Shown one piece after another: positions 14,024-29,874 of a DNA stretch of 64,000 nucleotides; the stretch's first letter is position 1; the number at the start of each line of letters is the position of its first letter. The notes below the pieces were generated by a model. The model searched no databases, was not told the origin of the DNA, and saw nothing but the letters and a program-made list of their open reading frames with translations. The DNA is taken from contig OZ024757.1 of NCBI GenBank assembly GCA_964016885.1, positions 39,990,001 through 40,054,000 of the forward strand, given 5' to 3'. Made by a program: the position numbers and the translations under genes. This DNA is from Eledone cirrhosa (taxonomy: Eukaryota).

Positions 14024-14141
14024 AATATATATATATAAATATATATATATAAATATATATATATATAAATATATATATATAAATATATATATATAAATAT
14101 ATATATATATAAATATATATATATAATATATATATATAAAT

Positions 14142-14172
<31 letters not shown>

Positions 14173-14186
14173 AATATATATATATT

Positions 14187-14217
<31 letters not shown>

Positions 14218-14277
14218 ATATATATATATAAATATATATATATATAAATATATATAAATATATATATATATATAAAT

Positions 14278-14308
<31 letters not shown>

Positions 14309-14393
14309 AATATATATATATAAATATATATATATAAATATATATATAAAATATATATATAAATATATATATATAAATATATATATATAAAAT

Positions 14394-14442
<49 letters not shown>

Positions 14443-14595
14443 AATATATATATATTTATATATATATATTTATATATATATATTTATATATATTATTTAT
14501 ATATATATATAAATATATATATAAATTATATATATATTTATATATATATATATTTATATATATATATTTATATATATATATTTATATATATATTT

Positions 14596-14626
<31 letters not shown>

Positions 14627-14627
14627 A

Positions 14628-14658
<31 letters not shown>

Positions 14659-14659
14659 A

Positions 14660-14690
<31 letters not shown>

Positions 14691-14703
14691 AATATATATA
14701 TAA

Positions 14704-14752
<49 letters not shown>

Positions 14753-14767
14753 AATATATATATATAA

Positions 14768-14800
<33 letters not shown>

Positions 14801-15004
14801 AATATATATAAATATATATATATATATAAATATATAATATATATATATAAATATATATAAATATATATATAAATATATAAATAGATATATAAATAAATAT
14901 ATAAATAAATATATATATATATATATATATAAATATAAATATATATAAATATATATATATAAATATATATATATAAATATATATATATAAATATATATAT
15001 ATAA

Positions 15005-15064
<60 letters not shown>

Positions 15065-15072
15065 AATATTAT

Positions 15073-15109
<37 letters not shown>

Positions 15110-15320
15110 AATATATATATATATAATATATATATATATATTATATATATATCTATAAATATATATATATATTATATATATATATCTATAATTATATATA
15201 TATATAAATATATATTATTTAAATATATATATATATATAAACATATATATATTTTTATATATATTTATATATATATTTATATTTGTATATATCTATCTAT
15301 ATATATATATATACAAATAT
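13788..15320. repeat. (TA)n/TAAA satellite array
   Basis: ~1.5 kb A/T tandem repeat. Confidence 0.95.
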
Positions 15321-15435
15321 AATTTCAGCGAGATCGAATTTCGGCAGTGGTCGAAAACAAAGCGAAATTCCGATTATGCGGCAAGCGTTCCATGCACTAA
15401 AAAAAGACCAGAGCAATAAACATGGGTTGTAGAGG

Positions 15436-15473
<38 letters not shown>

Positions 15474-15610
15474 TGTGTGTGTAAGACTATATGTGTGTAT
15501 ATATATTTATATATATATAATTATACTATTATACTACACTGTCTAGCTCTACACCTAAACATCGAGTGGTCACCTGGTGAAGCTACAGTAACTTTACGTT
15601 AAACTCCCTG

Positions 15611-15660
<50 letters not shown>

Positions 15661-15761
15661 AGTAAATATGCGTGTGTGATTGTTAAGTGTATAACAAATG
15701 TTACCGTTGCCGGCCATTCAAGCACTGACTTCGACTCGCTCTCTTTCTCTATGCGTGTGCG

Positions 15762-15792
<31 letters not shown>

Positions 15793-15856
15793 GCGAGAGA
15801 GAGAGAGAGAAAGCGGGAAAGATTGAGTAAGAGGGAGAGGAATGGAGAAAAAGAGT

Positions 15857-15906
<50 letters not shown>

Positions 15907-16099
15907 TGTAGAGCGAAGTGAGAAAGAAAGCTGTAGATCTAACAAGATTCCACCCAGTTTCCGTCGTCATGATTTGTCTCAAGTTTATGTCAATAAGACT
16001 TGGGTATCGTAATACGCATTGTGACTGCGAAACGGCCATGATTCGTTCATACACCATGACGCATAAATCTATAATCACCTTCAATTTTATTTATGAGTA

Positions 16100-16491
16100 A
16101 ACACACACATGTATATATATACATATATATACACACATACATATACATACATATACACATATACATACATATACACATATATATATACACACATATATAT
16201 ATACACACATATATATACACACATAAATATACACAATATATATATACACACATATATATAAACACATATATATATATACACATATATATATATACACATA
16301 TATATATATACACATATATATATACACATATATATATATACACACATATATATATATACATATACATACATATACATATATATACATATACATATACATA
16401 CAATATATATATACATATATATATATATACATATATATATATAATACATATATATATATACATATATATATATATACATAAATATATATAC

Positions 16492-16522
<31 letters not shown>

Positions 16523-16689
16523 CATATATATACATATATATATATACATATAATATATATACAATATATATATATACATATACACATATATATATACACA
16601 CATATATATACACACATATATAATAACACACATATATATATATATACACACATATATATATATATACACACATATATATATATATATAT

Positions 16690-16728
<39 letters not shown>

Positions 16729-17322
16729 TATATATATACACATATATACACAATATATATAACATATATACATACATACATATATATATATACATACATA
16801 TATATATATACATACATACATACACATATATACATACACATATATACATACATATACATATATACATACACATATATATATACATATATACATACACATA
16901 TATATACATATATATATACATATATATATACATACACATATATATATATACATACACATATATACATATATACATACACATATATATGTATATATATATA
17001 TACATATATATATATACATATATATATACATATATACATACACATATATATACATATATATATATACATATATATATACATATATACATACACATATATA
17101 TACATATATATATATACATATATATATACATATATACATACATATATACATACACATATATATATGTATATATATATATACATATATATATACATATATA
17201 CATACACATATATATATGTATATATATATATACATATATATATACATATATACATACACATATATATATGTATATATATATATACATATATATATACATA
17301 TATACATACACATATATATATG

Positions 17323-17354
<32 letters not shown>

Positions 17355-17372
17355 CATACACATATATATATG

Positions 17373-17404
<32 letters not shown>

Positions 17405-18000
17405 CATATATATATGTATATATATATATACATATATATATACATATATATATACATATATATATGTATATATATATATACATATACATATATATATGTA
17501 TATATATATATATACATATATATATGTATATATATATATACATATACATATATATATGTATATATATATATACATATATATATACATATATACATACACA
17601 TATATATATGTATATATATATATACATATATATATACATATATACATACACATATATATATGTATATATATATATATACATATATATATACATATATACA
17701 TACACATATATATATGTATATATATATATACATATATATATACATATATACATACACATATATATATGTATATATATATATACATATATATATACATATA
17801 TATACATACACATATATATATGTATATATATATATATACATATATATATATACATATACATATATATATACATATACATATATATACATATATATATACA
17901 TATATATATACATATATATATACATATATATATACATATATATATACATATATATATACATATATATATACATATATATATACATATATACATATATACA

Positions 18001-18034
<34 letters not shown>

Positions 18035-18530
18035 CATACATATATACATACATATATACATACATATATATATACATATATATATACATATATACATATA
18101 CATATATATATACATATATACATACATATATATATACATATATACACATATATATATACACATACATATAATATACATATATACATATATACACATATAT
18201 ATATACACATATATATATACACATATATACATATATACACATATATATATACATATATAGATATACATATATACATATATACACATATATATATACACAT
18301 ATATACATATATATATATACACATATATATATACATATATAGATATACATATATACATATACACATATATATATATACACATATATATATACATATATAG
18401 ATATACATATATACATATACATATACATATATACATATATACATATACATATACATATATACATATATACATATATATACATATATATATATACATATAT
18501 ATATACATATATACATACATATATATACAC
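16100..18530. repeat. TACA/TA compound satellite
   Basis: 2.4 kb alternating purine-pyrimidine array; source of the 800-aa Y/I/M/C pseudo-ORFs. Confidence 0.95.
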
Positions 18531-18541
18531 GATAAATTAAC

Positions 18542-19184
18542 GAAGGACCACTTTATTCATATGTAATTCATTTGAACCACGCAGCACGTTTATTCTCATA
18601 TTTACACATTTTTCCCCACGCCGTGACCCGTCTATTTCGTTCTTACTGCTTCCTCTTTCTCTGTATCTTTACCCTCTCTAACAGTCACTCTCTCTGTTAG
18701 CCTCTTTCTCACCCTTCACTCACTCACTCTCTGTTACTACCTCTCCTCCTCCTTCCCGTTTGACCTGTGCCTAATTCTTTTCTTTCGCACGCTTGCTCAG
18801 GCTGGTTCGCCTTTTTTCTCTCTCTCGTCTACAATTTCACAGAACTTATGTTCACCGAATTCACGGACTAGACTCCTTCTTCCTCCCGTTAGACCTGTAC
18901 GGAATTCCTTCCTTGCTCACATTCCAAGCAGGTTTGATGGTCTTTATTCTCTCTGGTTCACGATTTCACCGAACTTATATTCATGGAAATTTGGGACTTG
19001 ACTCGTTCTTCCTCACTTTTCGTTGCTTCACCATCTTTGTTTGTTTACACTCTCGCTGTTCCCTTTACTTACGTGTTCCAACGTCTCTTTTTAGCCGTTG
19101 CTCGCACCAACCGGAGGTATATGGTCTTTAAAGCGAAGAAATACCTGTGATGGTTGGAAGATCACTGATGAAGGACCACTTTAT
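18542..19184 (+). mobile_element. Pyrimidine-rich element with 15-bp terminal direct repeat, ending in CTGATGAAGG (pseudo-LTR-like)
   Basis: GAAGGACCACTTTAT at 18542 and 19170; internal ~130-bp diverged tandem duplication; flanked by TACA microsatellites. Confidence 0.45.
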
Positions 19185-19362
19185 ACATACATACATACAT
19201 ACATACACAAAGACATATATATATATATATATACACAAACACACAGACACAGATATATATATATATATTTATACATATGTACACACAAATACAGATATAC
19301 ATATGTATACACATACACACATATATATACATACATAGACACACACAAGCATCACATATGAC

Positions 19363-19399
<37 letters not shown>

Positions 19400-19647
19400 A
19401 ACACCTTTATACACACCCAAACAAACACACATGTATGTTAAACATCAATCACAAGACATCGATCTAGGTGTCAGTATGTAATCCGTCATATATTAGATCA
19501 ATATGTAGTGGTATACGCCCGTACCGAATAATTGACCTCTATATCGACTCAGAATATTTATAAATTAACATTAAAGACCATGCCCAATAAACGTACGTGT
19601 GAACATGACATACCTATTTAATGTCGCAATATTATCTAGCCATCCAT

Positions 19648-19870
19648 AGCGGCGAATTGACAATAGAATCGGTAGAGCTTCGGACATTATGCTTTATAAC
19701 AAAAGGTTATGGCCTTTTACATTGAGTTCAAATCCTGTCGAGGTCAGCTTTGACTATAATCCTTGTGAGATCGATAAAATAAAGTACCAGTAACGCACTG
19801 GGGTAGATTTAATCAACTTTCCTCAGCCTCTAAAATTGATGACCTTGTGCCTAAATTAGAAACCTATATT
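19648..19870 (+). mobile_element. SINE family M
   Basis: AGAATCGGTAGAGC, GAGTTCAAATCC, TCGATAAAATAAAGTACCAG, CTTGTGCCTAAATTAGAAAC. Confidence 0.85.
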
Positions 19871-20320
19871 ATCTATCCTTCAATGGGGTCATTTATTACA
19901 TATATACAATCAAAACAACCACATATATTTTTCTCACATATGTCTACTTTATGGGTTAGCACCAAATGGCTGCAGTTTAATTGTAGAAACTAATAAAGAA
20001 TAAAAAATGTTTTCTCTAGTAACCAGATATATATATATATATATATATATGATGAGAACTGAAGTATTATATTATTTATTTATATTCAAAATCACTTCTT
20101 AATGTTTCTAAGCTCAATATTGAACATATCTCTAGATTGTAGGATGTCTCAAATTTGAGATCTTGCCTTCAGGCGCTTTGTAAAGAAGCGTTTAACATGC
20201 TATGTTTTGAACGGTATCTTCTAAGTCGTCTAACCGCCTGATCATCAGGTCACGAATTTGATCCCTCTTACAATCTGAAGATGTGACCATAAATAATGTT
20301 ATATATATATATATATATCT

Positions 20321-20404
20321 ATTAAAATAACAAATTAAAGTTTAAGCAAAGATCGCTGCTTTCACCCTTAACGGGATCTTAGTCTTCACATTTATTATTA
20401 TTAC
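20321..20404. mobile_element. Family A element, inverted head joined to tail
   Basis: ATTAAAATAACAAATTAAAGTTTAAGCAAAGATCGCTGCTTTCACCCTTAACGGGATC followed by TTAGTCTTCACATTTATTATT. Confidence 0.7.
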
Positions 20405-20435
20405 TATATATATATAACATTATTTAAAAGATATC

Positions 20436-20565
20436 ACCAGGAAAGCTTTTGAATGAAACAGTTCCAAGTCCTGTAGAAGCCATTTCTCTCTTATACTTGA
20501 TGTTTACACTACTAATCTATTGAGTACCTTAGTATCTGTAGTTAACCCCGATGGATCTCGGGACT
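20436..20565 (+). mobile_element. Family B short element (hammerhead-associated)
   Basis: GAATGAAACAGTTCCAAGTCCTGTAGAA...TTGAGTACCTTA homologous to 43775 and 55100. Confidence 0.65.
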
Positions 20566-20604
20566 CACAGACATATGCATACATACATACATACATACCA
20601 GCAT

Positions 20605-20639
<35 letters not shown>

Positions 20640-21179
20640 AGGTGGTATTGACGTAAAGGATAACAAATAAAACAAAACATAATGAGCCCGCCTCTAACGG
20701 AAATTTCCTATGTTGCTTGTGTGGATTGCGCATGCGAGGAACAGTCATTAAAGCCATATATAATTTCGTATTTTATCATCAACTTAACTGAAGTTCCATA
20801 ATATATAGCAATTACTGTTCCTGTAACCAATTCTGTTAAGCCTACTATTTCAACTTGCTCTACAATTGTTGCTACAAGTTTCAAATCAAGACACTTGAGC
20901 CACTAACATCATTCATAGAAAATCGCCCCCCCCCCACCTTCAGTAATTAATTAATCCATTATGATACAGATCAATAGTTGTGTGGTCTTCGCCAATATCA
21001 TGTTATTGGTTCCTTTATCGACCCCAATCTATTTAGAAGTTAATGTTAAAATCCATGGCACGTAGATAGAACTACATGACACGTTTTAATTAATGCCTAA
21101 AATTATCTATCCTTCGTTAGTGACTTTTATGATAGATAAACTATAATCTAAACATTTAAATAATTAATCCTTTCATTAG

Positions 21180-21350
21180 AGGCCCGGTAAATTGACAGGA
21201 CTGACAGAAAGTAGGATAGAATGCTTTGCAGTATTTCCTCCAGCTCTCTGATTACCGAGTTCAAATCCCACCAAGGGACAATTTTAACTTTAGTCTTTAT
21301 GAAAAGGAGTCGATAAAATATAGAACTGGGAGTAGATATAATCAACTTTA
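21180..21350 (+). mobile_element. SINE family M, old copy
   Basis: GAGTTCAAATCCCACC and GTCGATAAAAT remnants. Confidence 0.6.
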
Positions 21351-21419
21351 TCAATCCCAACTAGTTGCAGGTTTAATGTGTTATTTAATTGTAGATATAT
21401 AAAGTAAAACAGAGAGATG

Positions 21420-21648
21420 GGTAGATAGGTAGGTAGGTAGATAGGTAGGTGGGTAGATAGGTAGGTGGGTAGGTAGGTAGGTAGATAGGTAGGTAGGTAG
21501 GTAGGTAGGTAAATAGGTAGGTAGGTAGGTGGGTAGATAGGTAGGTGGGTAGTTAGGTAGGTGGGTAGGTGGGTAGGTAGGTAAATAGGTAGGTAGGTAA
21601 ATAGGTAGGTAGGTAAATAGGTAGGTAGGTAGGTAGGTAGGTAGGTAG
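21420..21648. repeat. (TAGG)n microsatellite
   Basis: GGTA tandem repeats. Confidence 0.95.
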
Positions 21649-22623
21649 TTACTTGCGATGAAAAAGATGTGAATGAAAAAGATATAAAGTTAAATTTATT
21701 GGAAGAGAAATTTATTCGTAAAAATTTATAAAATGATGTGGAAAAACAGATAATGTTTCCTTGCTTTAAGAAATAATGGGAAAAGGTCAGAGGGGAGGGG
21801 GGAGAGGGAGGATATATGGAGAGAGAAAGTGAGAGAGTAAAATATAGGGGGGGGGAAAGATAAGTTACGAGATACAGAGAAAACGGTACAGGGAAAGAAA
21901 GAGAGAGACAGAAAAATAGAGAGGAAGTTAGTGATTATATATATATACAGTATATATATAAGGGAGGGGGGAGGATAGTGAGCGAAAGAGAGTAAGAGAA
22001 AGTAAGAGAGAGAAAGAAACAAAGGAAAATAGAGGGAGAGCAATATAGAGGTAAAAAGATTGAGATATGTATAGGGGAAGATATATATAGAGAGAGATAG
22101 GGTAAAGAGGAGAGACAGAGATAGATATAATGAGAGAGAGACGTATGATGAGAAAATAGGATGAAATTGAAATTAATAGTTAAATTCTGTTTTTATATTT
22201 CAAAAATAAGATTAATTTGAATGTTAATGAATATTTTCATTTAAAGTAAAACAACAACACTAAATGCATGTGAAGTAGCCGTACTTATAACTAGAACATG
22301 GAATAAACTGTCTTTCTCTTGCGGGTGGATATGTCTGCAGTTGCTTCAAGTGAAAGCTGATTGTAGTTTACACGAAGCTTCAAGCATGTTGATGATTCAT
22401 ACGATAGATTAATGAGGTGGTAAATTAGTAGAGGTAATTAACGAAGACCATTAAATGCGGAAAGAAATGTTAAAATAGAATTTGAATGAGAATTTTTGAA
22501 TGAGAATTTTGATTGCAAATAGAAAGCTAAATTATTTCATACCCTCTTGTTGTAGCGCCAGATGTTGCTTATACTCTCTATCTACACATATACATATGAC
22601 CACACACACAGACACCACGTGTA

Positions 22624-22743
<120 letters not shown>

Positions 22744-22769
22744 GTTACACAACAGTTAGTTCACCATAC

Positions 22770-22807
22770 CGAGAACAATTGTTTCACCTTAGCGGATCCT
22801 CAGCTCG
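22770..22807 (-). ncRNA. Minimal type I hammerhead ribozyme (inverted twin)
   Basis: Reverse-complement copy in the left arm of the palindrome: CGAG-CUGAGGA-UCCGCUAAGGU-GAAAC-AAUU-GUU^CUCG. Confidence 0.75.
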
Positions 22808-22849
22808 TAATGGACATGGTTATACTGTTCCGTGTAACCATGTCCATTA

Positions 22850-22887
22850 CGAGCTGAGGATCCGTTAAGGTGAAACAATTGTTCTCG
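22850..22887 (+). ncRNA. Minimal type I hammerhead ribozyme
   Basis: CGAG-CUGAGGA-UCCGUUAAGGU-GAAAC-AAUU-GUU^CUCG; palindromic stem III ACAAUUGU. Confidence 0.8.
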
Positions 22888-22991
22888 GTATGGTGAACTA
22901 AGTGTTGTGTAACCACTTCTACCAAACTCGTCCCATGGACTGAGTGCTCTACCACTACGGATATTACCTTCCAGTGTTCTACCACTATATA

Positions 22992-23038
<47 letters not shown>

Positions 23039-23065
23039 GAAATTGAACAACACAAAATATAACTA

Positions 23066-23133
23066 CTCCATTACCAATGGTTTCTGGATCACAGACGATA
23101 ATAATATACGTCTTGATCGGTCGTCAGACAGAG
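23066..23133 (-). ncRNA. Type I hammerhead ribozyme (extended stem II)
   Basis: Minus: CUCUGU-CUGACGA-CCGAUCAAGACG..CGUCUGUGAUCCA-GAAAC-CAUUG-GUA^AUGGAG; 6-bp stem I with two G-U pairs; base of stem II mismatched. Confidence 0.65.
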
Positions 23134-23362
23134 ATCTTATAGATAAAAGATATGAAATGAGATTTAAAATCTGTTAAAAATTGGAAGTGAGGCTGGAAAA
23201 ATAACGGGAAATATACATAAGAAAAGAAGGGTAAGAAAAATTATATATATAATAAATATATAAAAAAATATATAACAATATAGAAAAAGACGTGTACATA
23301 CATATAAAGACACATACACACATATATATATCTAAAGTTTGTCTTAAGTCAGAAGGCTCATT

Positions 23363-23608
23363 TGGCCGGTGCTTATCCTGGTTTCATGGCGTGAAGCGAT
23401 TGACAGTAAAAGAGACTCCCCCCCTGGACAGGAGGCCAGTCCATCGCAGGGTTAAACCTCCAGCTATTACTGGTACTCATTTTCAGCTGAGTATACTGGA
23501 GCAACGTGAAATGAAGTGTTTTGCTCAAGAATACAACACGCAACCCAGGAATCGAACCCACCACATTATGATCGTAAGTCCAAGAGCCTTACCAGTAGGT
23601 CACGTGCA
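23363..23608 (-). mobile_element. CORE-like SINE (family C), near full length
   Basis: Minus: GGGTTCGATTCC B box, TTCTTGAGCAAAACACTTCATTTCACGTTGCTCCAG, tail GGACTGGCCTCCTGTCCAGGGG...ATGAAACCAGGATAAGCACCGGCC. Confidence 0.8.
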
Positions 23609-23746
23609 TACACATATATCATTATTTAAATTCTAATAATATATCATTATTTAAATTCTGTTTATAACACAGTCATCAGACAAGAGCACTACTCCGGTAG
23701 TGAGTACTCTTATCTTTTATTGTAAACAACACACACACATTATATT

Positions 23747-23932
23747 GTGGATTGGCAGTATCGGTAGAGCGTCGGACGCCATGCTTTGACGCATAGAGTT
23801 ACGGCCCTTGCCATTCTGAGTTCAAATCCCGCCGAGGTTAACTTTACCTTTCATCCTTACGGGGTCGATAAAATAAAGTACCAGTAATGTACTGGGTAAT
23901 TGCTGGCCTTGTGCCAAAAGTAGAAACAATTA
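23747..23932 (+). mobile_element. SINE family M, young full-length copy
   Basis: TGGCAGTATCGG A box, GAGTTCAAATCCC B box, CCTTTCATCCTTACGGGGTCGATAAAATAAAGTACCAG. Confidence 0.9.
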
Positions 23933-24012
23933 TATATATATATATATATATATACCTGTGTATATTTCTTTGCACATACGCAGCTATATTTTTATGTGTT
24001 TTCCATATGTGC

Positions 24013-24063
<51 letters not shown>

Positions 24064-24695
24064 CGTGTGTGGAAATTTGTTTGACAGCTTAACTAGGACA
24101 CATCCCAGAGCATAAAAGGTAAAGATTTGTATCATGTGTAACGCGATATACCTGGACACATATTACACAAAATATATAGTATCTAACAGCTTTGAAAATT
24201 TTTTTTTGCTTTTTCTTTGTCATATTTCTAGTTATTATCAAGCGATGTACTTAGACAAAAAAAATGGTAAAGACAGTGAAATAAAGTTTTGCTATCTATG
24301 GAAAGACACAACGTCTATCTATGGAAAGACACAACGTTCACCGATATAAGAAAAATTTGCCCTAGTTGCGTATACTTACCTGAAAAAGAGATAAAAATAA
24401 CTATATTCCTGTGCACATGAATATATGAAAAATAAGGAAAAAAATACTGTTTTGCAAATAATAAATATATCCTGTAGAAAAAGCGTCTTATGTAGTTACT
24501 AAAATTTTGGCGGAAAAAAAAAAAAAAAAAAAAAAAAATGTCATTTTTTAATTTTTTATTTCGTAAAATTTGGTAAGAAATAAAACATTTTGTAATGTAT
24601 TTTCTTACTTCCCTAGAATTATTTTTTAAAACTTCAAAACAACCAACAAATTGTGCATCAAACTGAGGACGTTGAATATATGTATATATACAAAC

Positions 24696-24735
<40 letters not shown>

Positions 24736-24771
24736 TCAAACAGAAATAACAAACCAAACCTCGGTATATTG

Positions 24772-24813
<42 letters not shown>

Positions 24814-24817
24814 CTAT

Positions 24818-25090
24818 CTAAGGCGGATAAAATTCCCGAGATCCATGGACGAGTTCTCTCCAGCGGTCTCTGTCCCTCATTATCGCTGCCATGTCCTCCG
24901 TCTCCAACAGACCAGTGTCTGTCCTTAGGGCATCAACATACGTTAACCTTGGTCTTCCTCTTCTAGTGTGTCCATGTAGGGGCTCCCAAAGGAGCACTGA
25001 GTGCAATGTCAACTCTGGATGTCGGTGAGCATGTCCAGCTAACCTCAGTCTTCTCTGTGACACTTTTGAGCTGACTTTTGGGATGGTCCC
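24818..25090 (-). mobile_element. RTE-clade LINE 3' end fragment
   Basis: ORF RRLRLAGHAHRHPE..LLWEPLHG..RRGRPRLTYVDALRTDTG is the typical RTE ORF C-terminus; inverted duplicate at 25104-25161. Confidence 0.8.
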
Positions 25091-25160
25091 ATATATATAT
25101 ATTAAGTCAGCTCAAAAGTGTCACAGAGGAGACTGAGGTTAGCTGGACATGCTCACCGAC

Positions 25161-25200
<40 letters not shown>

Positions 25201-25680
25201 GTGGATAGATACACCCATGTGCAGCAGAATAAGAGAAATACACCCTTTATATGTGTGCACTTTTCAGCAGGTCTAAAGCATTTTCCAGAAGCTTCAGCGT
25301 TGAAGACAGAGTGTATGTGACATATATAACTACCAACCTGATAACATAGAAAACCAATTCTATGACAGCCAGTACCAATCATATTTCTTTTCCTTTATTG
25401 AAGGTGTAGCATTGTGAGTGAGACATGACACATTACTGGTATTTTAACAATCCACAGAATCATTTAGTGTAGGAGTTTGGTGGAGTATTATTGATATCTG
25501 GAGGGTGTGAAATATTGGGATATTTCAGTTTTATATGTATATTAATTGATACATCGATCTCCATCGATCAATCAACCCTCTGAAACGATTGTAAAACAAT
25601 GAACTAACTATATAACTACACCTGACATCTGCACAATCAACCCTAGACCGTCATCTTTGTTTTAATTTTTCTCTCATAAC

Positions 25681-25728
25681 GAGCTGAATGAATTGGGTCC
25701 CAGAAGCCAACGAAACTTGAGTACCCCC
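25681..25728 (+). ncRNA. Decayed hammerhead-like motif
   Basis: GAG-CUGAAUGA-AUUGG..CCAAC-GAAAC-UUGA-GUA^CCCC; 1-nt core insertion and weak stem I; downstream TACTGAGTGCTCT tail like family D. Confidence 0.45.
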
Positions 25729-26214
25729 TTATGTCACTGTTGTAATTGTTTATACTAAACTCCTCCTATGTACTGAGTGCTCTTACTCTTGGATATTTCA
25801 CTTAACTTTTACTTCAGTATGTATGTATAATATATACATATATATATATATTGATAGATAGCGAAAGAAAGACATATAAGTTTGAAGCTCGTGTATGTGT
25901 ATATATATGAGTGTGTATGTGAGTGAATGCGAGGTATACACACACGCATATCTATAGATAGATCGATAGATAGATAGATATATAGACAGTGAATGAAAGA
26001 GAAATTTACAAAGTCACAGTTATTACTTGAAAATGTATTGAGATGTATTTATTTTAAATAAAGGTCTTCCTATTCGCCTTTCATAAAAACACTGACCATA
26101 AATATAGCTCCTAGTCACCAACACATTTCTGCCGAATGCGCAAACATAACTATTGCCAAGACCTCGCTCTTTGATAAGTATTAAATAATACATTCACAGA
26201 ATGCTGCCTTTATA

Positions 26215-26250
<36 letters not shown>

Positions 26251-26309
26251 AAGTGAGAAAGACTGGGAGAGAGAGAGAGACAGAGAGAATGACTTATGTA
26301 CAACACGTT

Positions 26310-28207
26310 ATATATATATACATATATATACATATACATATACATATATATACATACACATATATATACATATATATATATATATACATACATACATACA
26401 TATACATACATATATATATATATATACATACATACATACATACATATACATACATACATACATATACATACATACATATATACATACATATATACATACA
26501 TATATATATACATATATATACACACATATATATACACACATATATATACACACATATATATACACACATATATATATACATATATATATACATATATATA
26601 CACACATATATATATACATATATATACACACATATATATATACATATATATACACACATATATATATACATATATATATACATATATATATACACACATA
26701 TATACACACATATATACACACATATATATACACATATATATATACATATATATATACATATATATATACATATATATATACATATATATATACATATATA
26801 TATACATATATATATACATATATATATACATATATATATACATATATATATACATATATATATACATATATATATACATATATATATACATATATATATA
26901 CATATATATATACATATATATATACATATATATATACATATACATATATATATACATATACATATACATATACATATATATATACATATATATATACATA
27001 TACATATACATATATATATACATATACATATATATATACATATACATATATATATACATATATATATACATATACATATACATATACATATATATATACA
27101 TATACATATACATATATATATACATATACATATACATATATATATACATATATATACATATATATATACATATACATATACATATATATATACATATATA
27201 TACATATATATATACATATATATACATATATATATACATATATATACATATATATATACATATATATACATATATATATACATATACATATATATATACA
27301 TATATATATACATATACATATATATATACATACATATACATATATATATACATATATATATACATATACATATATATATACATATATATATACATATATA
27401 TATACATATATATATACATATATATATACATATATATATACATATATATATACATATATATATACATATACATATATATATACATATATATATACATATA
27501 TATATACATATATATATACATATATATATACATATATATATACATATATATATACATATATATATACATATACATATATATATACATATATATATACATA
27601 TATATATACATATACATATATATATACATACATATACATATATATATACATATATATATACATATACATATATATATACATATATATATACATATATATA
27701 TACATATATATATACATATATATATACATATATATATACATATATATATACATATATATATACATATATATATACATATATATATACATATATATATACA
27801 TATATATATACATATATATATACATATACATATATATATACATATATATATACATATACATATATATATACATATATATATACATATATATATACATATA
27901 TATATACATATATATATACATATATATATACATATATATATACATATATATATACATATATATACATATATATATACATATACATATACATATATATATA
28001 CATATATATACATATATATATACATATACATATACATATACATATATATATACATATATATATACATATACATATACATATATATATACATATACATATA
28101 CATATACATATATATATACATATACATATATATATACATATATATATACATATATATATACATATATATATACATATATATATATATACATATATATATA
28201 CATATAT

Positions 28208-28248
<41 letters not shown>

Positions 28249-28339
28249 TATATACATATATATACATATATATATATATATACATATATATATACATATA
28301 TATACATATATATATACATATATATACATATATATATAC

Positions 28340-28372
<33 letters not shown>

Positions 28373-28459
28373 CATATATATATACATATATATACATATA
28401 TATATACATATATATACATATATATATACATATATATATATATATACATATATATATAC

Positions 28460-28530
<71 letters not shown>

Positions 28531-28735
28531 CATATATATATACATACATACATACATACATACATATACATACATACATACATACATACATATACATATA
28601 TATACATATATATATACATACATACATACATATATATATATACATATATATATATACATACTTATATACATACGTATACATACTTATATATATATATACA
28701 TACTTATATATATATATACTTATACACACACACAT
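26310..28735. repeat. (TACATATATATA)n-type satellite
   Basis: 2.4 kb array dominated by 12-bp and 6-bp units. Confidence 0.95.
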
Positions 28736-29234
28736 AAACCAGTATATGAATCGAAGCAATCTAATGAAATCTGACAGTAAATACACCCATTGATAGTACA
28801 GGACCCTGAAGCTATATAATATATAATTGCAAGGTAATGTTATCAAATTAGCTGGTATATGGTAGTATGATGAAACGAAGGAGAAGATTATAAAAGAAAA
28901 ATGGAGGAAATTATGAAGATGAGTGAGGAATAGGTGGAACAGTATCATACATATTATAAAGTAAATTTGTGAGTTTCTTGAATTTTGTTAGTCAAGTTAA
29001 TCTGGCATTGAAAGAGATTTCTACGGATGACGGCATCAAACATGATCAAACATATTTGACAGTTGGACTAATAACAAGGCACGTGGTAACAAATACAGTT
29101 ATTATCTATTGTATGTAGCGACTGCTTTTTCTCATTTAATTGCCAATTTTCTATAGGAACAAACGCACACAAATATATATATATATATTCATGTATCTAT
29201 CTATATATATATATATATATATGATTTTATTACA

Positions 29235-29298
<64 letters not shown>

Positions 29299-29752
29299 CA
29301 TGTATCTATATATCTATCTATATATATCTATATATATATGAACATGTATCTATATATATCTATATATATATATGAACATGTATCTATATCTATATAAACA
29401 TGTATCTATATATATCTATATCTATCTATATATATATATGTATCTATATATATCTATATATACATGTATCTATATATATCCATATCTATATATATATATA
29501 TGTACATATTTATATATATATATATATATATATAATATAAATATAGATACATGTACATATATATAGATATATAGATATATATATGTACATATATCTATAT
29601 CTATCTATATCTCTCTCTCTATATATATATAGATACACAGATCAATACACACCACAGACGTAAAACTTATATTCAAATATCTAATGTGTACATGCATGTA
29701 ACATACATATAAGTAGATATAAATATACTTATATACGTATAAGTATAAATGA

Positions 29753-29790
<38 letters not shown>

Positions 29791-29828
29791 CAAATGCATG
29801 TAGTTATACGTACTTGCCCACAATTATA

Positions 29829-29874
<46 letters not shown>

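Noticed and set aside
23747-23840. tRNA-like A/B boxes in SINE heads
   Set aside because: No cloverleaf; continuous with the repeated SINE body, so not tRNA genes
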